NCBI GenBank assembly: GCA_019358935.1
Contig: JAHHIK010000069.1
Location: forward strand, 1 to 43,712
DNA: 43,712 nucleotides
Source of the DNA: Tolypothrix carrinoi HA7290-LM1
GTDB taxonomy: Bacteria > Cyanobacteriota > Cyanobacteriia > Cyanobacteriales > Nostocaceae
Direction: 5' to 3'
Shown: one piece after another, positions 1-8,811 of the stretch
Layout: the number at the start of each line of letters is the position of its first letter
Numbering within the stretch: position 1 is the stretch's first letter
Program-made: the position numbers and the translations under genes
The notes under the pieces: generated by a model
The model's input: the letters and a program-made list of their open reading frames with translations, nothing else
The model's database searches: none
What the model was told of the DNA's origin: nothing

Positions 1-105
1 ACAAGGCTCCTGCTTTTTTGGCTCCCTCAGTAATGATAAGTGGAATTTCTTCAGATAGTACCCAAGCCCAAAAACCGATTGCCTCGCCTAGAGAATCTAC
101 CACAA
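1..105. repeat. Terminal overlap identical to 43608-43712 (circular contig, unit length 43607 bp)
   Basis: acaaggctcc...aatctaccacaa is present at both ends, and the rep frame continues through it. Confidence 0.97.
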
Positions 106-577
106 TATTTTCTGGCATTGGCACGTTGTAGCGATCTGCTACAAGTTGCCAAACATTTAACGGCACTCTCAAGAAAAATGCCCGTGTCGGTTCACCTTGA
201 GGATGTTCGTACTTGCGGGGTTTTTTCTTATCCCCGTCGCAGTCAATCCAGGGCGAGTCCGCTTTAAAACACCCCCAGCACATTTCTTGCCAATTGTTTT
301 GTGGGTCTAGCCCTCGGCAGATCCACCCGCTGGCATTTCTCACCCAAGAAAGGCGATTTAATTTACCCTCATCTTTAAAGCCCTTGCGATTTATCCAGCG
401 CCCTCGCGCGATGGGAATATTTAGAAATTCGGCTACAGGTAAAGAATATTCTGCACCAACACTAGATAATTCACCCCCGACCGAGCGGACGTTAAGAGTG
501 ATAATTTCTGGGTCTACAGTGGAGGCAAGCCATTCTTGGTAGTGGTTCTGCTCAATGTTGTCGGGCGGAGTTGTCAT
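1..577 (-). CDS. N-terminal part of the CyRepA1-family plasmid replication protein (joins 40675..43710 across the junction)
   Basis: Manual translation from ATG 577: MTTPPDNIEQNHYQEWLASTVDPEIITLNVRS...KYEHPQGEPTRAFFLRVP...NIVVDSLGEAIGFW. No stop; in frame with the 1011-aa ORF, adding 158 aa. Confidence 0.9.
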   Translation of the reverse strand, partial: MTTPPDNIEQNHYQEWLASTVDPEIITLNVRSVGGELSSVGAEYSLPVAEFLNIPIARGRWINRKGFKDEGKLNRLSWVRNASGWICRGLDPQNNWQEMCWGCFKADSPWIDCDGDKKKPRKYEHPQGEPTRAFFLRVPLNVWQLVADRYNVPMPENIVVDSLGEAIGFWAWVLSEEIPLIITEGAKKAGAL

Positions 578-1066
578 TGTGCCACCCCCAGCCGCAATCT
601 TGAATTTCCCGCTGTGGGAAATTTATTTATGAATTTTTTACAATTTTCTAAATGCACGGGCATGGCTAAATCCTCCCAGAACTTTACTGGTGGGGGATTT
701 TAGCCTTTTACCTTTTTACCCTCCGCTCATTAAGTGCTAATGTATCACTAGAAATTAGTAATGACTTAACCTAGGATGTAGAAAGGACTGGCTGGCTAAC
801 AACTGGAACAATCTCAAAGTGTAACTCTCTGCCAAGTTTGTTTCCACTTGAGAATTGTAGTTGGTCGCCGTCCCCCCAATTTCAAAAATCAATATGTTTC
901 TCTTTTTGGCTGACATCTACGCAAGGTAAATTTCAGCTTTGGTTTGGCTGCTTTGTGAGCTATATCTAATAAAGCACAATATCTCGCTGAAAAACCGAAA
1001 TTTGTGTTATCGCCAAAAGCCCTCCACTGTAAGGGTTTGAGTACTACTGACTTGTATGTATACTTG

Positions 1067-1894
1067 TTATGGTAATCGATTTACGTAAGGAAAGCCACCC
1101 AAAATCTCTAATTTTCTGCCCCATTTCTCGGTTTGTTGCAATTCGCATTGCCCTAAGTCACCCAAACAAACATTAGGCTTTTTGTCCCGCTTGCTGCCAA
1201 TCAGGTAAAATTTACCGTTTTCGGTTTTCAAGGTGCGCCAGCGTGGATGCTCCATTTCCTGTATCCAATTCGCATAAGCATCTAAAAACGGGTTCCAGTA
1301 GTTCTTTTTAAATTGGTCTAAGTGTTGGGCTAGTTGACCCGAAAATGCTAGAAGCTTGAACATTTCGGGTACAAAAGATGTTAGGTTTTCGATGTAGAGA
1401 TTTGTTTCAAAAGGATTCTGGTTATTTTTTATTGCCGCTAACTTTCTACGCTCAAGATTAATAATGTTGCGCTTGCTTTCATCGTGAAACTCTATCTCTT
1501 TTTGAGCAATATCTTCCAAAACGGTAAGGTACATTATTTCTCTATATATTTGAGAAAACCAATGGGCGGCAGTAGGGTATTGAGTTAGAGCTATATTACA
1601 AAAACCCGAGATGCTGTGACATCTTTCACACAGCCTCAAATATCGTGAAAGCAATTCTCCCTGCGCTTTTAGTGCGGATTTGACTTGGTAAGGAAGCTTT
1701 ATTTCATGCTTGGAATTCCACTCTAATTTTATTAGCCAATCATATGCGTTGATCCAGGTTAAAGCGCGACCTCTAAGGACTACAGATACGCATTCTAAAG
1801 GAATATCAGGAGGAAGTGATAGTGTACTTCCTTTTTCCCAAAATTCGTAATTCACTATTTGGTATACCTCATTTTGTGATATCATTTTATTCAT
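1067..1894 (-). CDS. Hypothetical protein (275 aa)
   Basis: Long ATG ORF; no motif recognised. Confidence 0.7.
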   Translation of the reverse strand: MNKMISQNEVYQIVNYEFWEKGSTLSLPPDIPLECVSVVLRGRALTWINAYDWLIKLEWNSKHEIKLPYQVKSALKAQGELLSRYLRLCERCHSISGFCNIALTQYPTAAHWFSQIYREIMYLTVLEDIAQKEIEFHDESKRNIINLERRKLAAIKNNQNPFETNLYIENLTSFVPEMFKLLAFSGQLAQHLDQFKKNYWNPFLDAYANWIQEMEHPRWRTLKTENGKFYLIGSKRDKKPNVCLGDLGQCELQQTEKWGRKLEILGGFPYVNRLP

Positions 1895-2037
1895 AAAAGC
1901 TTTAATTCATTTTTAAATTTTACCTCTGTTCGCGCAGGGGTATTTATTTAGCTATTCAATTTTCGAGAATCGAAATTAAAAGTTATTATCGGCGATAAGA
2001 TTCTCAATTTTTTCCCGCAAGCGGGAAAAATCCACTA

Positions 2038-2331
2038 TCAAGTTGCTGCAACTTTATCTGCTTTTGGCTTCTTTTCAAAAACCTGAATATTTGGCTCCAG
2101 CAACACAAAACCATTTTCAGTTGCTTCACCCATCTTGCCTGCGATCGCGCCAACCCATTCCGGAAAGTTGGCTTGTGCGTCAGTAAGCTTCTTCCAGACT
2201 TTTGGCTTAACAGTAACGCTGATAATTCGCCCATCGCAATCAATATCAAAGCGTTGCCAACCGTTTTCGACTGCGGTGGCGTTGGGCAACTCGCTGATTT
2301 TAATGGTAATTTCTAACTTGCCTTGGATCAT
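2038..2331 (-). CDS. Cyanobacterial plasmid protein of the family usually annotated 'fertility inhibition FinO-like'
   Basis: GKLEITIKISELP...NGW..F.IDCDG..ISVTVKPKVWKKL...W.AI.GK.G...GF.L.EP.IQVFEKK pattern. Confidence 0.75.
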   Translation of the reverse strand: MIQGKLEITIKISELPNATAVENGWQRFDIDCDGRIISVTVKPKVWKKLTDAQANFPEWVGAIAGKMGEATENGFVLLEPNIQVFEKKPKADKVAAT

Positions 2332-2350
2332 GTTGACACTCCTGATTCAA

Positions 2351-2659
2351 TTACTGGGTGGGGTATTGCCATTGCCACCTTGTTGCAAAGCACGCGCCCA
2401 GCATATCTTCAACGCCTTCTATACCGTCACCAATTATTCCAACCAAATCAGAAATATTGGTTTCTAGTAGCTGCTGCGATAGCTCAAAACCTTGGTCAAC
2501 TCGTTCTGTCAGTTGGTCGATGCGGTTTGTTAGTTGAGCGATCGCGTCTGTATTTGTCTGTTGTTGTTGGGCAACTTGATCCAGACGTGTTGCAGTTTGT
2601 AGCAGAATTGCTTCGATGCGGTCTAGGCGAGATGGCGTGTCCTGGGGTTGGTCAGTCAT
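2351..2659 (-). CDS. Small coiled-coil protein
   Basis: SRLDRIEAIL...QQQTNTDAIAQL heptads; its start overlaps the upstream gene's stop (ATGA). Confidence 0.7.
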   Translation of the reverse strand: MTDQPQDTPSRLDRIEAILLQTATRLDQVAQQQQTNTDAIAQLTNRIDQLTERVDQGFELSQQLLETNISDLVGIIGDGIEGVEDMLGACFATRWQWQYPTQ

Positions 2660-2817
2660 GATGCTTTTTTATTCTGTTTATCTTCTGCAATCGCTTTTTT
2701 AACCAATATTTTGACAAACTGAGGCAAAGTTACAAAGTTTCGTTCAGCCACCTCCTGAAGATATTCGTACTCTTCAGGAGTCAGCCGTATCGACACTTGC
2801 GGGTTTTTAGATGGCAT
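2656..2817 (-). CDS. Ribbon-helix-helix (CopG-like) regulator, 53 aa, absent from the ORF track
   Basis: MPSKNPQVSIRLTPEEYEYLQEVAERNFVTLPQFVKILVKKAIAEDKQNKKAS; beta-strand VSIRL then two helices; ATGA coupling to the next gene. Confidence 0.8.
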   Translation of the reverse strand: MPSKNPQVSIRLTPEEYEYLQEVAERNFVTLPQFVKILVKKAIAEDKQNKKAS

Positions 2818-2881
2818 TTATAGCAATTAGTCATACTATTTAACCATCTTAAGCTCCTGCCATTTCATCACTCAATATTTC

Positions 2882-2926
2882 AGCAAGTGTTCACAGGTGC
2901 TAGCACTTGCTATATATTAGCAAGTG
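2882..2926. promoter_or_regulatory. Operator-like repeats in a divergent promoter region
   Basis: AGCAAGTG at 2882 and 2919, inverted copy at 2904; perfect IR CACTTGCTA-tatat-TAGCAAGTG (2904-2926). Confidence 0.6.
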
Positions 2927-3122
2927 TGAACCAAAAACAGCAAGCGAAACGTTAACGAATGCCAAGCCGAGCGCAATACATAGTGATAGATGCGAGTTAA
3001 ATAAAGCATACGCGGGTTTTTTAAGCCTTCCCGGTTATCGTCCACTATCTGTGCGTTTATAAAGCGTTCATTACTGTTTGTAGCTGTAAACTCATCGCCC
3101 AACTATTAAGCCAACTCAAAAT

Positions 3123-3521
3123 ATGCAAACCCCCAGACTCTTTAATCTGGGCGAGTCCATCGTTTCCGAATCTCTGATTTCCGATTGCTCATTGTCAAAG
3201 CAAGCGTTAAGTCAGATTCTCCAAACATCTCGCCCGACTGTGTGGCGCTATGACGAACTTGCTTATTGGGAAATCCCAGATTACAAGCAAGAGTACCCAG
3301 AGTTGCCTAAAGAACAATGGCTAATTAAGAAACAAAAACGCGATCGCCAAGTCCCGCTAACTTGTTATCAAATCTGGGTGATTTCTGCAATTCAGATTTG
3401 CTTCAAGCACTATCGCAAAGAAGCCCCAGTGAAGGATTACATCAAAGCAAATGGGTACGTTTTCTCCCGCGCTCGCTACGAATCACGGATACGGCAACTT
3501 GCGGCTATCGCAGCAGCTTAA
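3123..3521 (+). CDS. Hypothetical protein, possible HTH DNA-binding
   Basis: SKQALSQILQTSRPTVWRY HTH-like segment; first gene of the rightward operon. Confidence 0.7.
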   Translation: MQTPRLFNLGESIVSESLISDCSLSKQALSQILQTSRPTVWRYDELAYWEIPDYKQEYPELPKEQWLIKKQKRDRQVPLTCYQIWVISAIQICFKHYRKEAPVKDYIKANGYVFSRARYESRIRQLAAIAAA

Positions 3522-3555
3522 ATGACAATTTATCAACGAATAAGGATCTAAAATC

Positions 3556-4083
3556 ATGCAACTATTGTTTGAAGTCTGCCAGGAACTCGGAATTGCAATT
3601 GACGACGCTCGTATGTGCCTGATGGATATTCGCCCCGATTGGGAAACCACAGATACATGTTCGACTTCTGAAGCTGATTTAATTCGTCAAAGCGTCCGCG
3701 CCGCACTGCCAGAAAGTAATGGTGAAATCACCCCCGTTGCGGACATGGATTTAACCCAGCAAGAGCAATTAATCAATAACGCATCTCAAGTATTAGGCTT
3801 TCCCCTAGTCCTGGCAGCCATGCAAGAAATCAAAGCAATTGATACTTTGCATCAAGTTAAGAATGCGATCGCCCTCAATGTTATTGACCGTCGGCAAGCC
3901 GAATTAGATGCAGCCATAAGAGAGCGATCAATCGGCAGACAGCAAGCTTACGTAACAGCAATTGAAGACCTCGCTTCGCAGATGCAAAAACCTATTGAAG
4001 TAGTGGCGGGAATGAAAGCCGACATTGATGAAACTAATGCCAAGCTGGATGCGCTGCTGGCGACTGTAAAAGCGGGGAAGTAA
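3556..4083 (+). CDS. Hypothetical helical/coiled-coil protein
   Basis: ATG ORF with AAGGA upstream, in operon. Confidence 0.75.
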   Translation: MQLLFEVCQELGIAIDDARMCLMDIRPDWETTDTCSTSEADLIRQSVRAALPESNGEITPVADMDLTQQEQLINNASQVLGFPLVLAAMQEIKAIDTLHQVKNAIALNVIDRRQAELDAAIRERSIGRQQAYVTAIEDLASQMQKPIEVVAGMKADIDETNAKLDALLATVKAGK

Positions 4084-4103
4084 TTTACGTTAGGGACAAA
4101 AAC

Positions 4104-4250
4104 ATGAACCATTTAATCGACATTGCAGGCATCACGACACTCGGCACAGTTGGTGCGATCGCCACAGTTGCTTTCTCTGCGATTAACCCAATTGGTGCTG
4201 CCTTGCTGATAGCGGGCGCGGTGATGTGGGCAAAGAATTCGCACAGTTAA
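4104..4250 (+). CDS. Small hydrophobic membrane peptide (48 aa), absent from the ORF track
   Basis: MNHLIDIAGITTLGTVGAIATVAFSAINPIGAALLIAGAVMWAKNSHS; AGGGA upstream. Confidence 0.65.
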   Translation: MNHLIDIAGITTLGTVGAIATVAFSAINPIGAALLIAGAVMWAKNSHS

Positions 4251-4264
4251 CCACAGAAAAAATT

Positions 4265-4487
4265 ATGGACGAATTAACTGAAGTACTGGTATTTGACGAC
4301 GCGACCGGCGCTCTCCATCGTAAAGAAACTGGATGCCATTCAGCAGCTACTAAACGACTTCAGATCCAAGTATCCTCACACCTATTCTTACCTTTGCAAA
4401 ACGGCAGGAGACACGGGTGAGATGACTTTGGGTGATGGTATTAGCGCATTGGATTGGGCGATGAATCACGTAGCTCTTGATGAGTAA
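4265..4487 (+). CDS. Small hypothetical protein, possibly frameshifted near 4305
   Basis: ATG 4265 gives MDELTEVLVFDDA; the protein-like continuation ALSIVKKLDAIQQLLNDF...HVALDE is in the next frame. Confidence 0.4.
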
Positions 4488-4565
4488 ACAGCATCCCTTA
4501 GGAGCGCGATCGCCCCTCTGCCAAGACAAGCGATCGCCACATCGAACACCTTCAAGTACCCGAAT

Positions 4566-4721
4566 ATGCAGATTTTAGCAGCTTTATTGATTTTGGCAAT
4601 CATTGTACCGCCCCCATCCGAGCCAGAGCCAGAACCGCAACACCGGGGGGGAGGCAGGCGGTTACAAGCCCCTCAAACAATCATCATTTACACCACTACT
4701 AAAGGATTTAACCATGTCTGA
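4566..4721 (+). CDS. PatX/PatS-like small peptide (51 aa) with HRGGGRR
   Basis: MQILAALLILAIIVPPPSEPEPEPQHRGGGRRLQAPQTIIIYTTTKGFNHV: hydrophobic N-terminus, Pro-rich linker, RGxGR motif; stop overlaps the next gene's start region. Confidence 0.6.
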   Translation: MQILAALLILAIIVPPPSEPEPEPQHRGGGRRLQAPQTIIIYTTTKGFNHV

Positions 4722-5037
4722 ATACGTTTTTGAAGAAGAACCAGTTTACCCACCTTTTACCGGGACAGAATATCTCGCAGCCTACGAAACAATTGATCAC
4801 CATCCCTACGCCGTGGCGTTTGGTCAGTTCTTAGGCAATGGCATCCACGAAGACACAGCAAATGAATTAGCTTTTGGGTTGCACAGTGCCATTTCTCAAA
4901 TCAGTGACGATCCATTTAACGAGTTGCGCGTTAAAGCCGTAAACATCTTTGATCGGCTAAACGAGCTTAACTATTGGGAGTTCTCGGCAGAAGAGGATGG
5001 CGATCGCGAACCCGAAAATTTTGTTTTTACTGAATAA
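4714..5037 (+). CDS. Acidic hypothetical protein (probable start MSEYVFEEE)
   Basis: AAGGA RBS before ATG 4714; the upstream extension in the ORF track is better explained by the 4566 peptide gene. Confidence 0.7.
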   Translation: MSEYVFEEEPVYPPFTGTEYLAAYETIDHHPYAVAFGQFLGNGIHEDTANELAFGLHSAISQISDDPFNELRVKAVNIFDRLNELNYWEFSAEEDGDREPENFVFTE

Positions 5038-5076
5038 ACATATGCGGGGGTAGGTGCGCCTGCCCCCACTGAAACC

Positions 5077-5505
5077 ATGTCATCCAGAGCAGACAAATAT
5101 ATCTTTCCTACCGCAGTAGCAGGACTTGGGGGAGCCTTAATCGTCGCTCCACTATTTATCCAAGTCCCTAGTGAATACGCTACCTTCGCAACTAAAAAAC
5201 AGTTGGCAGAAAGTGAAGAAATCCAGCGCGATCGCATCCAGCAGAGAAAGACGACTGCCGAGTTGATTCAAAAAACTGGACTGTTGCCAGAGGGTAAAAC
5301 TCTACGGTTAATTGACTACGACAACAGCACCAAGCGCCCTCGGATGAAGAATCAAACACTTCAACATTATTTAGCGGATGAAGTCGTATTTGTTTATGAC
5401 CGTAGCAACATTTGCGCTGGCAGAATTCAAAATCGCAAGTTCATTTGGAAGGGCGACACATCAACAGCCTGCAAAAACGCACCAGTAATTAACTCAGATC
5501 AATAA
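5077..5505 (+). CDS. Membrane-anchored hypothetical protein
   Basis: N-terminal TM segment IFPTAVAGLGGALIVAPLFI, then a short coiled coil and a soluble domain with two Cys. Confidence 0.75.
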   Translation: MSSRADKYIFPTAVAGLGGALIVAPLFIQVPSEYATFATKKQLAESEEIQRDRIQQRKTTAELIQKTGLLPEGKTLRLIDYDNSTKRPRMKNQTLQHYLADEVVFVYDRSNICAGRIQNRKFIWKGDTSTACKNAPVINSDQ

Positions 5506-5519
5506 CGCTCCTTGAAATT

Positions 5520-6182
5520 ATGGAAAGTAACAAACCACCTTTAACAACTTCAGATGGTCGAACACCTTTAAACAGTCCGCCCGGTAAACAGCAGAAAGAT
5601 AAATCAGATATTTTTCACACTCTCGCCAAATGGCTTGTTGTTTTAATTTCAATTATCCCACGGTTTTTAGCTTCAATTATGGAGCATTTTAGTGAGGCTG
5701 GAAGTGTCGGTGCTGTTGCACTTGGATCGTTAGTCTTTACAGTGGGGGTTTTGTTTACGGCTGATTCATATTGGCAATCATTATTTGAGGGCGCTGCACT
5801 GATGCCTTTCTTTGAACAAACTTGGGCTGGTTGGTCGTGGCTACCCGGTTTTACCTTGTTCCCGCCACGCGCTTGGGCAGGAATTATTTTTAATCCCGCT
5901 TTCGTTTTTGCCGTCGCCCTCAGCTTTGTTATCCAAATTATTCAATCAGCAACGATTCGCAATGCTGCATTTGGAGTAAAAGCTGTTAGCGGGGTATCAC
6001 CAAGGACAGTTGGGTTGATCGCAATCGCTTCGTGGACTTTTGATTTAATTCAAACATTTAGCAGTCGCAACCCCTTACAATTTTCTGACCCAGGTGATAT
6101 TTTCAAATGCCTCATTTATAACTTGTTTTCTATTGTGGCTGCCGAACTTGGCTATGTTGTTTATCGGATGTTAAAGGGCTAA
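5520..6182 (+). CDS. Multi-pass membrane protein
   Basis: Four to five hydrophobic segments. Confidence 0.8.
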   Translation: MESNKPPLTTSDGRTPLNSPPGKQQKDKSDIFHTLAKWLVVLISIIPRFLASIMEHFSEAGSVGAVALGSLVFTVGVLFTADSYWQSLFEGAALMPFFEQTWAGWSWLPGFTLFPPRAWAGIIFNPAFVFAVALSFVIQIIQSATIRNAAFGVKAVSGVSPRTVGLIAIASWTFDLIQTFSSRNPLQFSDPGDIFKCLIYNLFSIVAAELGYVVYRMLKG

Positions 6183-6259
6183 TTAAACGCGAACGCTTTA
6201 AGCGTGATGCTCCTCATCAAATGGGGGCGTTCGCCTGACAATCTCACACGCGCTCTTTT

Positions 6260-8242
6260 ATGGAAGACAAACCACTTTTACCACGACTGGAAACACCACA
6301 GACGGCACATATCCGTGCGTCTTATCCCACGATTGAATATCTTGAAAATGATTATGTGGCTGATTGGCTGAAGGAACGATGTGACCAACTTTTAGAGTTA
6401 GCAAGGGAGGAACGTTCCGGCATCAATGCAAATAAATTAATATCGGGTGCAGTGTTAACCACTGGATTTTTTCTGCACGCATTATCACCACTAGCACCCG
6501 TTGGTGTGGTATTGGGATTGGTGGGATATATTCACGGATGCTTTATTGATGCTAATCGCACCGGTTCATTTTCACCGCTTCCATTTGTGAGGGGGAATAT
6601 TTTGGATCTAGCAGGCACTTTAGGCAATGCGGAGCTAAGAGAATCGCAAAATAATGATGCAAACGAATTTGAGCAGCTGCAACATTATCTTTCTCCAAGA
6701 GAACGGAAAGAGTATGAGTTTTTAAATACGCATTTTGCACTTTTAGCTGATTACTTGACGCAGGTGGAACCTCTCAAAAGGTTTCATGCTTACAGATGGA
6801 TATTTGATAGTTTCCTTCAATTTAAAGGGGCGCTTCCCTCAAAAGAACAAGTGATCAAGCACATGGTTAACGTCGCGCCAGACTTGAGAGTTGATAGCGT
6901 GAGCATTGAGAGAATTGAAAAACACCGCGCATCCCTTACAGTTAAAAAGCCGAAGTTTATTGAACCGAAGTTACCTAAATTTATTACTAACGAGGAATTG
7001 TATGGTGACGCTATTTACAAACCAAATCAACCGATTTCCTTACTTGAATCAAAAGAACCCACTCAGAACGGTAGCTCCTCGTTAGATGTACCTGATGATG
7101 TATCTAAAATGAACCAAAACGCCTGGGATATTTTGCAGGCGCTGGTAACTGATGCCGATAAAAGTAAATTGGGTGGCTGCGTTATTCTCGCTGCACCAGG
7201 CGCGGGTAAAACTACATATCTGGGTACGGCTTGGGGGCGCTTAAAACAAACCTATGGCTCACGCCTTAACTCTTTGGCAATTGTAGTTAAGCGCTCTGAT
7301 GTAAAGAGTTTTCAAGGTGTATCTGATAATTGCTTGTGTGTTGATGCAAGTCCAAGGCAAGCTGCCATCGCAATCTTGCGTTTTATTGAAAACTCCAAAA
7401 ACAAAGACAACTCAATTCGCAGACTGTTCTTGGATGATTTTCTGACTATGAACAAATACTTTGAAACGGCACTAAGAGGGTTATATATAAATCCTACAAC
7501 TTTTGATGTTGTCAGTTCCAAAAAAGAGGACATGGATGCTCAACCATTTATTGAGACGCTACACACGGCACTTAATCAATTGTGGTTGGTGGGGCGGGAA
7601 AATAATGCAGCGTTGTGGGTGTCATCCCATTCCTCTAATGTCGATAATCTTCCTTTTATTGGTGGCAGTCAAGCCCGTTCAGTCGGCGAGATTATCTTTC
7701 TAGCCAAGAACGATAAGCGCGAGTTTATTGAACAAGCTCTTAACAATCCAAGCTTGATAGGAGATAATACAAAGCGACAAGAATTAAAAGCAGAGCTAAA
7801 TAGCGTAAAAGCAGATATTAACGAGCCATTAATACTAGCTAACTTCAACAATTGGACTTTCGGGATTATACCGAATGAAGTACACAGAGAGTACCAGGAA
7901 TTTAGAAAGGATTGGGAAACGGTCGCGCCAGTAGTAAAGCTAGGCGAAAAACTTAGTGACGTTATTCAAGGCTTAGAAAAGTCCCTGGAACTAGCAATCG
8001 AGTCACCGGAAGAAAAAGAGGAAGTTTCGGGTTTTGACTTCAATAAAGCCATTGAAGTTTTACGAACCTTTAAAGGCAAGGATTGGATGAAACTAGGTGA
8101 CGCTAGAGCCAAATCTAAGCCACTTCGTAAAGTTACTCGTGACGCTGATGATATCAGGCTGCTTGTTAGCTTCTTGCAGAAAGATGGAGAAGCTGAGTTG
8201 AGGGAAGGTGATTTATTTTTAATACTTGATAAGTCTTCCTGA
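6260..8242 (+). CDS. Membrane-anchored P-loop ATPase, probably an FtsK/HerA-superfamily DNA translocase or coupling protein
   Basis: TM hairpin at about aa 60-95; Walker A AAPGAGKTT; Walker B RLFLDD; GRE..AALWVSSHS motif; small wHTH-like C-terminal domain. Confidence 0.7.
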   Translation: MEDKPLLPRLETPQTAHIRASYPTIEYLENDYVADWLKERCDQLLELAREERSGINANKLISGAVLTTGFFLHALSPLAPVGVVLGLVGYIHGCFIDANRTGSFSPLPFVRGNILDLAGTLGNAELRESQNNDANEFEQLQHYLSPRERKEYEFLNTHFALLADYLTQVEPLKRFHAYRWIFDSFLQFKGALPSKEQVIKHMVNVAPDLRVDSVSIERIEKHRASLTVKKPKFIEPKLPKFITNEELYGDAIYKPNQPISLLESKEPTQNGSSSLDVPDDVSKMNQNAWDILQALVTDADKSKLGGCVILAAPGAGKTTYLGTAWGRLKQTYGSRLNSLAIVVKRSDVKSFQGVSDNCLCVDASPRQAAIAILRFIENSKNKDNSIRRLFLDDFLTMNKYFETALRGLYINPTTFDVVSSKKEDMDAQPFIETLHTALNQLWLVGRENNAALWVSSHSSNVDNLPFIGGSQARSVGEIIFLAKNDKREFIEQALNNPSLIGDNTKRQELKAELNSVKADINEPLILANFNNWTFGIIPNEVHREYQEFRKDWETVAPVVKLGEKLSDVIQGLEKSLELAIESPEEKEEVSGFDFNKAIEVLRTFKGKDWMKLGDARAKSKPLRKVTRDADDIRLLVSFLQKDGEAELREGDLFLILDKSS

Positions 8243-8459
8243 CCTCTCCTGCCCTGCTTGACCGCAAGGAGTGAAAGTGCCCTTTAAGAGCGGTCAGGAG
8301 GTAAAGGGCAGCGGTCAGGAGACAGCGGTCAGCAACGGACAGATGGCTCAACAGCGCGGGTCAGGGGCGGTCAGCACTTTTTATTTCCTGCCCTGTCGAT
8401 GTGACCTCCTGCCCTACCTTATGACCGTCGCTGCCCAGGTAGCTGACCGTTGCTGACCG
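8238..8459. repeat. Cluster of oriented short repeats (GCGGTCAG / CTG[A/C]CC)
   Basis: GCGGTCAG at 8290, 8311, 8325, 8367 and CGGGTCAG at 8357; inverted TGACC at 8240, 8259, 8402, 8422, 8444, 8454; CTGCCC variants at 8249, 8388, 8409, 8431. Confidence 0.85.
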
Positions 8460-8505
8460 ACTAATTGTATCTCTACAAATACCAATTAAACTACTAATAA
8501 TTGCC

Positions 8506-8811
8506 ATGTACACCATTCCAGAGCTACTCAACAATCTCACCAGCATTCAATACGACCAGCGAATCTTTATTATCGATTCAAACTATCAACAGTGGTATAT
8601 AGAAGTTGAAGAAAGCTACGACGAAGAAACGGAAGAATGTTTTCCAAACGCAAGAGTTCAAAACTGGGACAAGTGCTATTTATTTTCTGATAGCACGGGA
8701 GAAACAGTAGCTCAAGCTGTTTCTCAATGCCTTTACGATGTTGGTTTAATTGATGATGCAACCTACTCACAATTATCTTGGGTAAAACCATGCAACTATT
8801 TAACAGACTAA
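8506..8811 (+). CDS. Acidic hypothetical protein
   Basis: ATG ORF overlapping the next gene. Confidence 0.6.
   Translation: MYTIPELLNNLTSIQYDQRIFIIDSNYQQWYIEVEESYDEETEECFPNARVQNWDKCYLFSDSTGETVAQAVSQCLYDVGLIDDATYSQLSWVKPCNYLTD

Noticed and set aside
1..105. Biological terminal repeat of a linear phage
   Set aside because: It falls in the middle of rep and looks like an assembly overlap; no phage structural genes seen
40..542. Plus-strand ORFs 40..267 and 213..542
   Set aside because: Antisense shadows of the rep N-terminal coding region
2009..2030. Intrinsic terminator TTTTTCCCGC-AA-GCGGGAAAAA
   Set aside because: The hairpin is followed by an A-run, not a U-run, on both strands, so termination is unsupported
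8238..8546. Short ORFs 8166..8351, 8271..8456 and 8361..8546
   Set aside because: Overlapping translations of the GC-rich repeat cluster with no protein-like features
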